A DNA stretch of 64,000 nt from an uncultured Bacilli bacterium (GTDB lineage Bacteria; Bacillota_I; Bacilli_A; RF39; UBA660), in the NCBI GenBank assembly GCA_947600335.1, contig CANQGB010000001.1, forward strand, positions 2,443 to 66,442, given 5' to 3'. A program made the translations under genes and the position numbers. Position 1 is the first letter of the stretch, and each line of letters opens with the position of its first letter. The notes under the pieces are model-generated. The model saw only the letters and a list, made by a program, of their open reading frames with translations, searched no databases and had not been told where the DNA came from. Shown here piece by piece: positions 1 to 9,370 of the stretch.

Positions 1-5
1 ACTTA

Positions 6-1220
6 GTGGTTTTAAATACCTGTGCTATTCGCGAAAATGCTCAAGATAAAGTTTTTGGTTATCTCGGAAGATGTAAACATTTAAAACGCGAAAAGCCTAG
101 TTTAAAAATTGCTATCGGTGGCTGCATGAGTCAAGAAGAAAGTGTTATCGAAGAAATAAAGAAGAATCATCCTTACATTGATATTGTCTTTGGTACGCAT
201 AACATTAGTGATTTGCCAAAACTTTTACTCGAAAGTGTGGAAAAGAAACAAGATATCGAAGTTTATAGTATCGAGGGTAATATTTACGAAAATGTCCAAT
301 ACAATCGGGATTCTAATATCACAGCTTGGGTAAACATCATGTATGGTTGTGATAAATTTTGTACCTATTGTATTGTTCCTTATACGCGAGGTAAACAACG
401 GAGTCGGAAATTAGAAAATATTATCGAAGAAGTCCAAGATTTAAAGAATCAAGGTTATCAAGAAGTAACTTTACTAGGGCAAAATGTTAATGCCTATGGT
501 AAAGATTTACAAGATGGCCCTGATTTTAAAACTTTACTGGCTGAAGTGGCTAAGACTAATATTCCGCGAATTCGTTTTGTGACTAGTCATCCTTGGGATT
601 TTACCGATGAAGTAATCGATGTCATTGCTAAATACGATAACATTATGCCTTATATTCATTTACCTTTGCAAAGTGGTAGTAACAATATCTTAAGACTAAT
701 GGGTCGAAGATATACCAAAGAAGAATATATTAAACTTTTTAATACCATCAAAAATAAAATTCCTAATGTCAGTATCACTACCGATATTATTGTCGGGTTC
801 CCTAACGAAACCGAAGAAGATTTTTTAGAAACTTTAGATGTTGTCAATACTTGTAAATTTGATTCCGCATATACTTTTATATATAGTCCGCGCATTGGAA
901 CTCCAGCTAGTCTTATTCAAGATAATGTCAGTTTAGAAGAAAAAAATGCTCGTTTAGCTCGTTTAAATAAATTAGTCAATAATTACTCTTTAAGTCATAA
1001 TCAAGAATATTTAGGCAAAATTGTGGCAGTCCTAATATTAGGAGTCAATGAAAAAGATGAAAACAAATTATATGGTTACACCGATACCATGAAACTAGTC
1101 AATATCATGTCAAATAATCTTGATTTGATTGGAAAAATTGTTAAAATAAAGATAACAGATGCTAAAAGTTTCAGCTTAGATGGTCAAGTAGTAAGTGAGG
1201 AGGCTTGCATTTATGAATAA
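6..1220 (+). CDS. miaB: tRNA methylthiotransferase, MiaB-like radical SAM enzyme (5' partial at window edge)
   Basis: Radical-SAM CxxxCxxC motif (CDKFCTYCIVPYTRG), N-terminal MTTase region and C-terminal TRAM-like domain. Could also be RimO or MtaB. Confidence 0.7.
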   Translation: MVLNTCAIRENAQDKVFGYLGRCKHLKREKPSLKIAIGGCMSQEESVIEEIKKNHPYIDIVFGTHNISDLPKLLLESVEKKQDIEVYSIEGNIYENVQYNRDSNITAWVNIMYGCDKFCTYCIVPYTRGKQRSRKLENIIEEVQDLKNQGYQEVTLLGQNVNAYGKDLQDGPDFKTLLAEVAKTNIPRIRFVTSHPWDFTDEVIDVIAKYDNIMPYIHLPLQSGSNNILRLMGRRYTKEEYIKLFNTIKNKIPNVSITTDIIVGFPNETEEDFLETLDVVNTCKFDSAYTFIYSPRIGTPASLIQDNVSLEEKNARLARLNKLVNNYSLSHNQEYLGKIVAVLILGVNEKDENKLYGYTDTMKLVNIMSNNLDLIGKIVKIKITDAKSFSLDGQVVSEEACIYE

Positions 1221-2346
1221 AAATAGTAAAGAAAAAATTAATGTCGAACAAGTTAATGAAGTTATAAGTTTATCCCGCAAAATATTACATGTATTTTATA
1301 TTGCCATGTTAATTGCCATAGTATTTATTGTTTCGATAATTATTAAAGATTGGGGTATCTTAACTTTTATTTTTCAATTTTTAAAAGTTTTATCACCATT
1401 ATTTATTGGTTTTGTCATTGCTTGGTTATTTAATCCCTTAGTCAAAAAATTAGAAAATCAAGGAATACCCAAAATCGCCGGGGCTATCTTAATTTATTTA
1501 GTATTTATTTTTGTCTTAATTATTTTGCTTCGGGTTTTAATTCCCACCATATTTGTTCAAGTTAATGAATTAATTAGTAATTTACCAAGTATCTTTAATG
1601 ATATCAAAATTTATCTAAGTAGTTTATTTGATAAAATAGGTAATGTTAATGGGTTAGAAATAAACAATATTGAAACTAATGTCATGACTACGCTCGAAAA
1701 TGGCTTAGCTAAATTTACTACTTCTTTCCCAACAACTTTATTAAATATTTTAGGTAGTTTCTTCTCTAGCTTAGTTACTATTGTCATGGGTTTATTTATT
1801 GGTTTATATATGTTATTTGATTTTGATAAAATTTCCACCCATTTTTTAAATTTAATTCCGAAAAAAAATCAATTTGAAATTAAAGTATTATTAGATAATA
1901 TTGGGGGCGAAGTCAGAAAAACTGTCAACAGCACTTTATTAGTTGCTTCCATGGTCTTTGTCTGTGATTCTATTGGTTTTGCTATCGTTGGTTTACAAGC
2001 ACCATTGTTATTTGGCTTATTCTGTGGCCTAACTGATTTAATCCCTTATGTTGGCCCTTATATTGGTGGAGCATTAGCCGTAATTATTGGCTTTAGTCAA
2101 AATTCCTTTATTGGCATCATGACTTTACTTATCTGTGTAGTCGTTCAATGTATTGAAAACTTTATTCTTCAACCAATAGTTATGAGTAAAACCATGAAAT
2201 TACATCCTGTAACTATTTTAGTAGGCTTATTAATCTTTAATAATTTCTTTGGTATAATCGGAATGATTTTTGCTACTCCTTGTATTGCTTTACTAAAAGT
2301 TATTTGGCAATTCATTCAAAATAAATATGAGTTATTTAAAGCTTAA
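1213..2346 (+). CDS. AI-2E family (PerM-like) transporter
   Basis: Polytopic membrane protein of about 380 aa. GGAGG RBS lies 8 nt before the ATG at 1213. The ORF track starts in the same frame at 1195. Confidence 0.6.
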   Translation: MNKNSKEKINVEQVNEVISLSRKILHVFYIAMLIAIVFIVSIIIKDWGILTFIFQFLKVLSPLFIGFVIAWLFNPLVKKLENQGIPKIAGAILIYLVFIFVLIILLRVLIPTIFVQVNELISNLPSIFNDIKIYLSSLFDKIGNVNGLEINNIETNVMTTLENGLAKFTTSFPTTLLNILGSFFSSLVTIVMGLFIGLYMLFDFDKISTHFLNLIPKKNQFEIKVLLDNIGGEVRKTVNSTLLVASMVFVCDSIGFAIVGLQAPLLFGLFCGLTDLIPYVGPYIGGALAVIIGFSQNSFIGIMTLLICVVVQCIENFILQPIVMSKTMKLHPVTILVGLLIFNNFFGIIGMIFATPCIALLKVIWQFIQNKYELFKA

Positions 2347-2483
2347 AACTACAAATAATTTTGCAAAATATTTTGTAGCTTTTTTAATGTTTTAAAAATG
2401 TAAATTGTTCCAAAACATTATTGACAAGATATCTGTAAAGAGGGTATATTTATTGTAGAAAATCGGGAGAGGAGAAACTCGCA

Positions 2484-5372
2484 ATGAGCAAAAAAGGATT
2501 CACAATAGTAGAATTGTTAGCTACAATAGTAATATTAGCTATTATATCAACGCTTGCTTTTGCAGCCTATAGAAATATTCAAGCAAGGATGAAAGAAACA
2601 GCTTTAAAAAATAAAATTGCCTACATAGAAAATGCTTCTTCAAATTATGCTAATGATACTGGCAACTTGGTTACAATTGTTCAAGTTTTAGTAGATGAAG
2701 GATATATTGAACCAGATGATAATAATGGGGTAGTAAAAAATCCTGTAACAGATGAGGAAATGAATTGTTTAGTTGTCAATATTAGAGAAGATCAAAACAA
2801 TTTATATGGGGAATTAACTGATGTCAAAGAATGTGATATTACTAATCTAGAAATAACTAATCGTAATTTAAATGTCGATGTTTTTGAAAAAGATACTAAT
2901 CGCAAACTAGCAGGTAACGAATGGACAAGTAAAGATGTCTATTTACAAGTAAGTTTTAAAGATAGTAGTATAAATAAGAATAATGTCAAAAAGATAACTT
3001 GGATAAGTAACAGTGGTCGAGAAGAGGTTGCAATCAATAATGATTTTGATAGTCACAATCGGAAAGATGTTACAGCTTCATTAATTATCAATGCCACATA
3101 TAAAGTAGAAATATTAATGAATGATGATGTTAAATATCAAGCCCAAACCAATGTCAAAATAGATAAACAACGACCAGAAATATATGAAGCTGAGAACTAT
3201 ATCGAAAATGAGAATAATTATACCAACAGTGATAAATTAGTCAGAATAACAGCAACCGATTTTAATGGTTCAGGCATCGCGGGATATTACATAGGAACCA
3301 GTAATGATTGTAGAACCGCCCGCTATGAATCAAGCAATAACTCTACATATGAAAAAAGTCTAGATAATGGAACCTATTATGCCTGTGCTAAAGATAAAGT
3401 TGGTAATTTATCCGAAGATATAAGTACCAAACAAATCGTAATTAATCGAGTAGATAAAGTAGTTCCAACCTGTGAATTAATGGCTACTGGAGATATGGGA
3501 AAGAATAATTGGTATGTAAGTAATATAGAAATCGCATTTAAGAGTACAGTAGATAATGAAAGTGGAATCAAAAGTGCTACGATAGATAAGCCTTTAATAA
3601 CCGAAAACACTAATGACATAGTAGTAACGGGAACAGTAGTTGATCAAGCGGGAAATAGCAGTACCTGTAATATAACAGTCAAAAAAGATAGTGATAGACC
3701 AAATTGTGAATTAGAGAAATTAGGAACATTAGGTAAAAATGACTATTATACAAGTGATGTTGATATAAAATTTAAAAGTGCCACAGATAACCTAAGTGGT
3801 GTAGCTAGTCAAAGTTTAAATCGTAATAAAATTACAGAAAACACCAACGGAGTAGATATCACTGGAACTATTGAAGACAATGCGGGTAACCAAAATACCT
3901 GTACAATCAATGTTAAAAAAGATAGTGATAAACCAAGTTGTGAATTAGAGAAATTAGGCACATTAGGCAAAAATGATTACTATACCAGTAATGTTGATAT
4001 AAGATTTAAAAGTGCAACTGATGGAACCAGTGGTGTAGCTAGTCAAAATTTAAATCGCAATAGAGTCACAGAAAACACTAATGGAGTAGATATCACCGGA
4101 ACAATCGAAGACAGAGCCGGAAATCAAAATACCTGTACAATCAATGTTAAAAAAGATAGCGAAAATCCAAGTTGTGAATTAGAAAAAGTGGGAAAATTAG
4201 GCAAAAATGATTACTATACTAGTGATGTTGAAATAAGATTTAAAACTGCCACTGATAACATGAGCGGTGTGGCTAGTCAAATTTTAAGCCAAGCTAGAGT
4301 CACGGAAAATACTAATGGTAAAAATATCACTGGAACTATTGAAGACAATGCCGGTAATAAAAGTACTTGTACAATATATGTCAAAAAAGATAGTGATAGA
4401 CCAAATTGTGAACTAGAAAAAGTAGGAACTTTAGGTAAAAATGATTACTATACCAGTAATGTTGATATAAGATTTAAAACTACAAATGATGGAACTAGTG
4501 GTATAGCTAGTCAAAATTTAAATCGCAATAGTGTTACCGAAAATACCAATGGCGTAACCATCACGGGAACTATTGAAGACAATGCCGGCAACCAAAATAC
4601 TTGTACAACAACTGTTAAAAAAGATACTGATAATCCAAGTTGTGAGCTAGAAAAAGTAGGAAAATTAGGCAACAATGATTATTTTACTAGTGATGTCGAA
4701 ATAAAATTTAAAACTACAAATGATGGTACTAGTGGTATATTAAACCAATATTTAAGTCAAAATAAAATAACCAGCGATACTAATGGTGTAACCATCACGG
4801 GAACCATTGAAGATAAAGCTGGTAATCAAAATACATGTACAACAACTGTTAAAAAAGATGCAACTCCTCCAACAGTCACTTTTAGTGGTGAATCAAATGA
4901 ATGGACCAAAAGTGACCGAGTTATAACACTAAACTGCGATGATCATGGCATTAGTGGATGCGTAGAAAACAGTAGACAAATGACATTTTCATCCAATACT
5001 AAAACAGTAACCCGATGGTTTGAAATAGCAGATAGAGCTGGCAATAAAGTTAGTATTACTCGTGAATTTAACGTGTATGTAGATAAATGCACTTCAACTG
5101 AACCTTCTTATGGTGGTTGGAGTGGCTGTAGTGCTGATTGTGGCGGTGGAACACAAACTCGAACTGTAACACATAATAGTACTTTTGGTAGCGGTTTTGC
5201 TTGTTCCTATGGAACAGACTCTCAAAGTTGCAATACCCAATCTTGTTCAAGCGGTGGCGGTGGCGGCGATAGTGGCCCAGGAAATTGCCGAAACCACTGT
5301 TCAGGAGTTTTATACTCTTGCTATGGAAGCTGTGTATGGGGACATGAAACTTGTGAATGCTGTGATTGTTAA
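2484..5372 (+). CDS. Large pilin-like surface protein: type IV prepilin N-terminus, Ig-like repeats, TSP1-like Cys-rich C-terminus
   Basis: N-terminus MSKKGFTIVELLATIVILAIIS is a class III signal (G/F cleavage site, Glu at +5). Six tandem 80-aa repeats (CELEK..GKNDYYTS..TENTNG..TGTIED.AGN..TC). C-terminus has W-S-G-C-S-A-D-C-G-G-G-T-Q-T-R plus many Cys. SD-like GGGAGAGGAG upstream. Confidence 0.75.
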   Translation: MSKKGFTIVELLATIVILAIISTLAFAAYRNIQARMKETALKNKIAYIENASSNYANDTGNLVTIVQVLVDEGYIEPDDNNGVVKNPVTDEEMNCLVVNIREDQNNLYGELTDVKECDITNLEITNRNLNVDVFEKDTNRKLAGNEWTSKDVYLQVSFKDSSINKNNVKKITWISNSGREEVAINNDFDSHNRKDVTASLIINATYKVEILMNDDVKYQAQTNVKIDKQRPEIYEAENYIENENNYTNSDKLVRITATDFNGSGIAGYYIGTSNDCRTARYESSNNSTYEKSLDNGTYYACAKDKVGNLSEDISTKQIVINRVDKVVPTCELMATGDMGKNNWYVSNIEIAFKSTVDNESGIKSATIDKPLITENTNDIVVTGTVVDQAGNSSTCNITVKKDSDRPNCELEKLGTLGKNDYYTSDVDIKFKSATDNLSGVASQSLNRNKITENTNGVDITGTIEDNAGNQNTCTINVKKDSDKPSCELEKLGTLGKNDYYTSNVDIRFKSATDGTSGVASQNLNRNRVTENTNGVDITGTIEDRAGNQNTCTINVKKDSENPSCELEKVGKLGKNDYYTSDVEIRFKTATDNMSGVASQILSQARVTENTNGKNITGTIEDNAGNKSTCTIYVKKDSDRPNCELEKVGTLGKNDYYTSNVDIRFKTTNDGTSGIASQNLNRNSVTENTNGVTITGTIEDNAGNQNTCTTTVKKDTDNPSCELEKVGKLGNNDYFTSDVEIKFKTTNDGTSGILNQYLSQNKITSDTNGVTITGTIEDKAGNQNTCTTTVKKDATPPTVTFSGESNEWTKSDRVITLNCDDHGISGCVENSRQMTFSSNTKTVTRWFEIADRAGNKVSITREFNVYVDKCTSTEPSYGGWSGCSADCGGGTQTRTVTHNSTFGSGFACSYGTDSQSCNTQSCSSGGGGGDSGPGNCRNHCSGVLYSCYGSCVWGHETCECCDC

Positions 5373-5431
5373 ATTTTAAAAATTTAAAACTTTGATTTAG
5401 AACTAAAAAATATAAAGGGAGGTGCATTCAA

Positions 5432-5932
5432 ATGAAAAAGAATAAAATAATTGTATTAGTTATATTGTTGATATTAATAATCGGGGGAGATATTTTCTTA
5501 GTCAGTCATTTTTCCTCAAAGCCCAATAATCCAGAAAATCCTAATTCTACCCCCACAACTCCCAATGATAATCCAACAACCAAAAAAGTCATTTGTACCA
5601 AAGCCGATACAATTGTTGAGGATACAATGACTTATCAATTAGATAAAAAATATTCATTTTCTGTTAACCAAGATAATAAATTATTTGACTATTTAGATGA
5701 AACAATTTATACCTTTGAAAACATCGAAGATTTTAACTCTTTTTATCAAGATTTAGAAATAACTATTGCTAATATGAAAAATAAAGCTGCCTCCATAACT
5801 AAAAATGAGGCCGACTTAACTATATATTTTTCATTAGTTGAACGTTGGGGCGACTCGGAATATTATAAAGATGGCTATGTTGATTTCTTAGAAGATAGTT
5901 TTGGTTACTCTTGTGAAATTCAAAACGCTTAA
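5432..5932 (+). CDS. hypothetical secreted or membrane-anchored protein
   Basis: N-terminal hydrophobic signal anchor followed by a Pro/Asn/Thr-rich linker. Strong RBS AAGGGAGGTG. Confidence 0.45.
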   Translation: MKKNKIIVLVILLILIIGGDIFLVSHFSSKPNNPENPNSTPTTPNDNPTTKKVICTKADTIVEDTMTYQLDKKYSFSVNQDNKLFDYLDETIYTFENIEDFNSFYQDLEITIANMKNKAASITKNEADLTIYFSLVERWGDSEYYKDGYVDFLEDSFGYSCEIQNA

Positions 5933-7047
5933 ATATCTTTATTAAACGGTTTATTTTGCAATTCATAATCATAAGTATGAGTCTGATTAATTAAATCATA
6001 AACACTTGCAGCCTTTAATTCATATTGATATTGTAAGGAATGAATATTAACTTTTAAACTTATATTCATTTCTTTTTTTATTTTCTTTAAATAAATTTGT
6101 CCTGGTTTATTAAAACCTAAAACTCTTATATAGTCTAACTTAAAATTAGCCATATCTTCTTTTTTAATCCCTAATAAAATGTGAATCAACATCCGATTAA
6201 TTTTATTATAAGTATATCTTTTTGTTTTAATAATTTGTCTTAAATCTTCTAAATTATTTACTTTTTTAATTTCCTTAATTAATCTATTTTCAATGCCTTC
6301 ATCTACTGTTAAATATTGCTTTAAATCATCATCAGTCAATATCTTATATTTTAATAGTTTAAATAAATTTGGATAATCTGGCTTTAACATTTTATCTTGA
6401 ACTAGGGTAGGCACAAATTTAGTAATATCATCACCGCTCATAAAATGCTTTCGTACATTAGAAGCACTAATAATATCTTCCATACTTTCTAAATCATGGT
6501 AATCACTAGTTCTTTTAATAACTGCATAATCTATCTTGAAATTTTCTTTTTTAATAGTTTTAATATATGATATTCCCAACAAATCATTAGGCTTGTTAAA
6601 ATCAAAATCAACATTTATTGCTCTTGCCAAAGCCGTCGGATAATTAACTCCATTTTTTAAATAATCTTTTACTTTTTCATCAAAATTACTATCTAATTCT
6701 TTTAACGCAATTTCTTCTAAAACTTTAACATCGTTACATTCACTCCCAAAAATAATGCGATTTACTTGCAAATGATTTAAAATTGTTAAAGCCCCTTTAG
6801 CAAAAATATCCGCGGCTTGAGAACCAAATATAACTGGTAATTCTACAACTAAGTCGATATCATTATTTAAAGCTATCTTAACTTTATCTTCTTTAGTTAA
6901 AAAACTAATCTCTCCTCGTTCTAAAAAATAACCATTTAAAACTAAGATAATTAATGAATCCGGGTATCTTTTTTTAATTTGGTTAATATGATAAATATGC
7001 CCATTATGAAAAGGATTATATTCACAAATAATACCAATAACTTCCAT
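5929..7047 (-). CDS. tmcAL: tRNA(Met) cytidine acetate ligase, YlbM/TmcAL family nucleotidyltransferase
   Basis: N-terminal CEYNPFHNGHIYH (HxGH nucleotidyltransferase motif). Length about 370 aa, typical of the UPF0348 family. Confidence 0.6.
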   Translation of the reverse strand: MEVIGIICEYNPFHNGHIYHINQIKKRYPDSLIILVLNGYFLERGEISFLTKEDKVKIALNNDIDLVVELPVIFGSQAADIFAKGALTILNHLQVNRIIFGSECNDVKVLEEIALKELDSNFDEKVKDYLKNGVNYPTALARAINVDFDFNKPNDLLGISYIKTIKKENFKIDYAVIKRTSDYHDLESMEDIISASNVRKHFMSGDDITKFVPTLVQDKMLKPDYPNLFKLLKYKILTDDDLKQYLTVDEGIENRLIKEIKKVNNLEDLRQIIKTKRYTYNKINRMLIHILLGIKKEDMANFKLDYIRVLGFNKPGQIYLKKIKKEMNISLKVNIHSLQYQYELKAASVYDLINQTHTYDYELQNKPFNKDI

Positions 7048-7135
7048 AAAATCAACCTCGCCAATAGTTTAACATATTCATTTTAAAAAAACAAAACATT
7101 GTTGTTTATCTTAAACTATTATATAATAAAAATAG

Positions 7136-7630
7136 GTGATAAAGGTGCTTATAGATTTAAGTAAAATAACTCATAATCCCTTATCTATTGATGAAAAGAT
7201 TACTTTGGATAAGGAATTATATCAAAATGCTTCTATATTAGACATAAAAGAAATACATTTAACTGGCGAGATTGTTTATGATTACGAAGACAACTTAGCT
7301 CTTAATTTATTAGCTAAAGGGACATTTATTTTAAAAGATAGCTTAACATTAGAACCTTTAGATTATCCATTTAGTTGTGAAATCGAAGAAATAATTGAAG
7401 GAAATGAATTAAAAAATCCGAAATTTTATGAAAAAAGCAAAAATACTCTTGATATTAGTGAGATTTTATGGGAAAATATTGTTCTAGAGATTCCCATTAG
7501 TGCTACTAATCACACCGTTGAAGAAATTAAATCGTGTGGCGATGGTTGGGAACTATTGAAAGAAAATGATGAAAAAATTGATCCAAGATTAGCTAAGTTA
7601 AAAGAGCTACTTGATGAAGGGAAGGAGTGA
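7136..7630 (+). CDS. yceD: YceD/DUF177 family protein (upstream partner of rpmF)
   Basis: Conserved yceD-rpmF synteny, size and an acidic C-terminus. The true start may be the GTG at 7145, which lies after AGGTGA. Confidence 0.55.
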   Translation: MIKVLIDLSKITHNPLSIDEKITLDKELYQNASILDIKEIHLTGEIVYDYEDNLALNLLAKGTFILKDSLTLEPLDYPFSCEIEEIIEGNELKNPKFYEKSKNTLDISEILWENIVLEIPISATNHTVEEIKSCGDGWELLKENDEKIDPRLAKLKELLDEGKE

Positions 7631-7634
7631 GAAT

Positions 7635-7844
7635 ATGTTTAGATTAGACCTTCAAAGATTTGGTGTTCCATTTAGAAGAACTAGCAAAACTAAAAAAAGA
7701 ATGCGTCGAACTCACTTAAAAAAAGAAGCAGGAGCAATTTTAAAATGCCCTAAGTGTGGAGCAGCTTTAAGACCTCATCGTGCTTGTACAAAGTGTGGTA
7801 ATTATAAAAATAAAGAAGTAATTAAAACTTCTGAAGAAGAATAA
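7635..7844 (+). CDS. rpmF: 50S ribosomal protein L32
   Basis: [27 protein letters not shown] zinc-ribbon L32 signature. RBS GAAGGAG. Terminator hairpin immediately downstream. Confidence 0.85.
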   Translation: MFRLDLQRFGVPFRRTSKTKKRMRRTHLKKEAGAILKCPKCGAALRPHRACTKCGNYKNKEVIKTSEEE

Positions 7845-7868
7845 TAGCATAAAAGGCTATTTTTTTTA
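7845..7868 (+). terminator. rho-independent terminator after rpmF
   Basis: TAGC-ATAAAAG-GCTA hairpin followed by T8. Confidence 0.6.
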
Positions 7869-7996
7869 TGTAATAACAAATTGGTATAATTTATTTGAAA
7901 AAATATTGTATTAAGAACAAATGTTTGATAGAATTAATTTGGAACATTTAATAGTTGGGTGATTGCCGAACTTCTTAATTGAGGGGAGGTGAGAAG

Positions 7997-8080
7997 ATGT
8001 CAAAAAAAGATTTTCTAATTTCCTTTTTGATTATCATTATCCTTTTACTTATAGCATTACTATTTGTAATCTTAAAATAA
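7997..8080 (+). CDS. 27-aa hydrophobic small peptide (MSKKDFLISFLIIIILLLIALLFVILK)
   Basis: Very strong SD (GAGGGGAGGTGA) 6 nt before the ATG. Single transmembrane helix. Not in the ORF track because it is under 60 aa. Confidence 0.35.
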   Translation: MSKKDFLISFLIIIILLLIALLFVILK

Positions 8081-8200
8081 AAGAAATCACCTAACTCAAC
8101 AATGATTTAGGTGATGCACATTATATGGGCAACACTCAACATGAGAAATTGAATGTTCCATTTTTTATTTTATGCAAGTTTCCTTGACATATTCATCATA

Positions 8201-8230
8201 ACATAAAAACATACCTTTATCAAGTATGTT
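8201..8230 (-). terminator. terminator for the SDR gene (minus strand)
   Basis: AACATAC-N9-GTATGTT hairpin with an A-run on the plus strand, which reads as a T-run on the minus strand. Confidence 0.4.
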
Positions 8231-8286
8231 TTCTTTTAACCATGAATAGGATAAATAGCTTATTATTTGAAAATTATAAATATTTT

Positions 8287-9012
8287 TTACATTCTTCCAC
8301 CATTAATCCAAATGTTTTCTCCAGTAATAAAACTAGAATCATCTGATAATAAAAATAAGCAAAGTCTAGCTGTATCTTCTGGAGTAGCAAATCTTCCTAA
8401 TGGTGTTTCTTTTAATTTTTGTTCTATTTCTTCTTGTTTCCAGCCTTTTAATGATAAAGGTGTAGGGGTGAATGCTGGACAAATAGAATTGGCTCTTATT
8501 TTTCTATCAGCGAATTCCAGTGCTGTTGCTTTTGTAAAGTTAATAATTCCGGCGGCTGCTGCACAATAGGCTGGTGATTCAGTACAAGGCACCACTCCTA
8601 AATGAGATGAAATATTAACTATGCTTCCTCCATCATTCATAATAGGGTATGCATGTTTAGTACAAATAACTTTTCCTAACAAATTTATATCTAATACTTT
8701 TCTAAAATCATCAATGCAAAAATCTTTAATTAAATTATCTATGAAAGTACCAGCATTATTAACAAGATAATCAAGTTTTCCAAATTTTTCTTTAATTACT
8801 TTAAACATATTAATAACTTGTTCTTCATTACTAACATCGCATTTTAATATCAAAAGATTTTTGTTATTAAGTTCCTTTTCTAAATTTTTAGCATTTTCTT
8901 CATTACTACTATAACAAGTAATAACTTTACAATCTTTAGAGATTAATTCAATAACAATTTCTTTTCCAATACCCGAAGTACCTCCTGTTACTAAAGCAAC
9001 TTTATTATTCAT
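8287..9012 (-). CDS. SDR family oxidoreductase (3-oxoacyl-ACP reductase-like)
   Basis: N-terminal VALVTGGTSGIGKEI Rossmann motif, catalytic S...Y..AAK-type region, 241 aa. Confidence 0.7.
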   Translation of the reverse strand: MNNKVALVTGGTSGIGKEIVIELISKDCKVITCYSSNEENAKNLEKELNNKNLLILKCDVSNEEQVINMFKVIKEKFGKLDYLVNNAGTFIDNLIKDFCIDDFRKVLDINLLGKVICTKHAYPIMNDGGSIVNISSHLGVVPCTESPAYCAAAAGIINFTKATALEFADRKIRANSICPAFTPTPLSLKGWKQEEIEQKLKETPLGRFATPEDTARLCLFLLSDDSSFITGENIWINGGRM

Positions 9013-9217
9013 ATAATTGTCCTCCTTATTTTTTCAATTAAATGTTCTTATTAAAAATTTAAATTTTCTAATCTAATTATACCATATTATCAAAAAACTC
9101 TTATTGTTATTCTTAATTCTTATAAATTATAAATCAATTATTACAAATATTGACCATCGTTTATCATTCACGTAAAAAAGCAAAAAATATTAAATCGAGA
9201 GTATTTTTAAATAATAA

Positions 9218-9246
9218 AAAAGCCCTATAATAAGGCTTTTACAAAC
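9218..9246 (-). terminator. terminator downstream of tRNA-Arg
   Basis: AAAGCC-loop-GGCTTT hairpin flanked by A and T runs. Confidence 0.45.
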
Positions 9247-9251
9247 TTAAA

Positions 9252-9328
9252 TGGTGTCCCCGGAGTGATTCGAACACTCGACCGTACGCTTAGAAGGCGT
9301 ATGCTCTATCCAGCTGAGCTACGAGGAC
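9252..9328 (-). tRNA. tRNA-Arg (anticodon TCT), CCA encoded
   Basis: The reverse complement folds as a canonical cloverleaf: GTCCTCG acceptor stem, AGCTCAGCTGGATAGAGC D-arm, anticodon loop CTTCTAA, GGTCGAGTGTTCGAATCACTC T-arm, terminal CCA. Confidence 0.85.
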
Positions 9329-9370
9329 AAAATCAGCTAAGACATACTGATTATATAATAATATTATGGA

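Noticed and set aside
656-895. 79-aa ORF antisense to miaB
   Set aside because: It lies entirely within the strongly supported radical-SAM gene on the opposite strand and has low-complexity translation with no RBS. Other antisense ORFs in the track are rejected likewise (1611-1838, 3377-3619, 5068-5427, 5185-5379, 19653-19919, 21668-22108, 23786-24075, 25475-25678, 27222-27422, 32160-32420, 34768-35082, 40942-41161, 44240-44951, 47654-48096, 49659-49871, 51202-51387, 57171-57416, 59107-59313, 61424-61606, 62652-63017).
8267-8569. 100-aa plus-strand ORF
   Set aside because: It overlaps the well-supported SDR reductase gene on the minus strand and is probably a shadow ORF.
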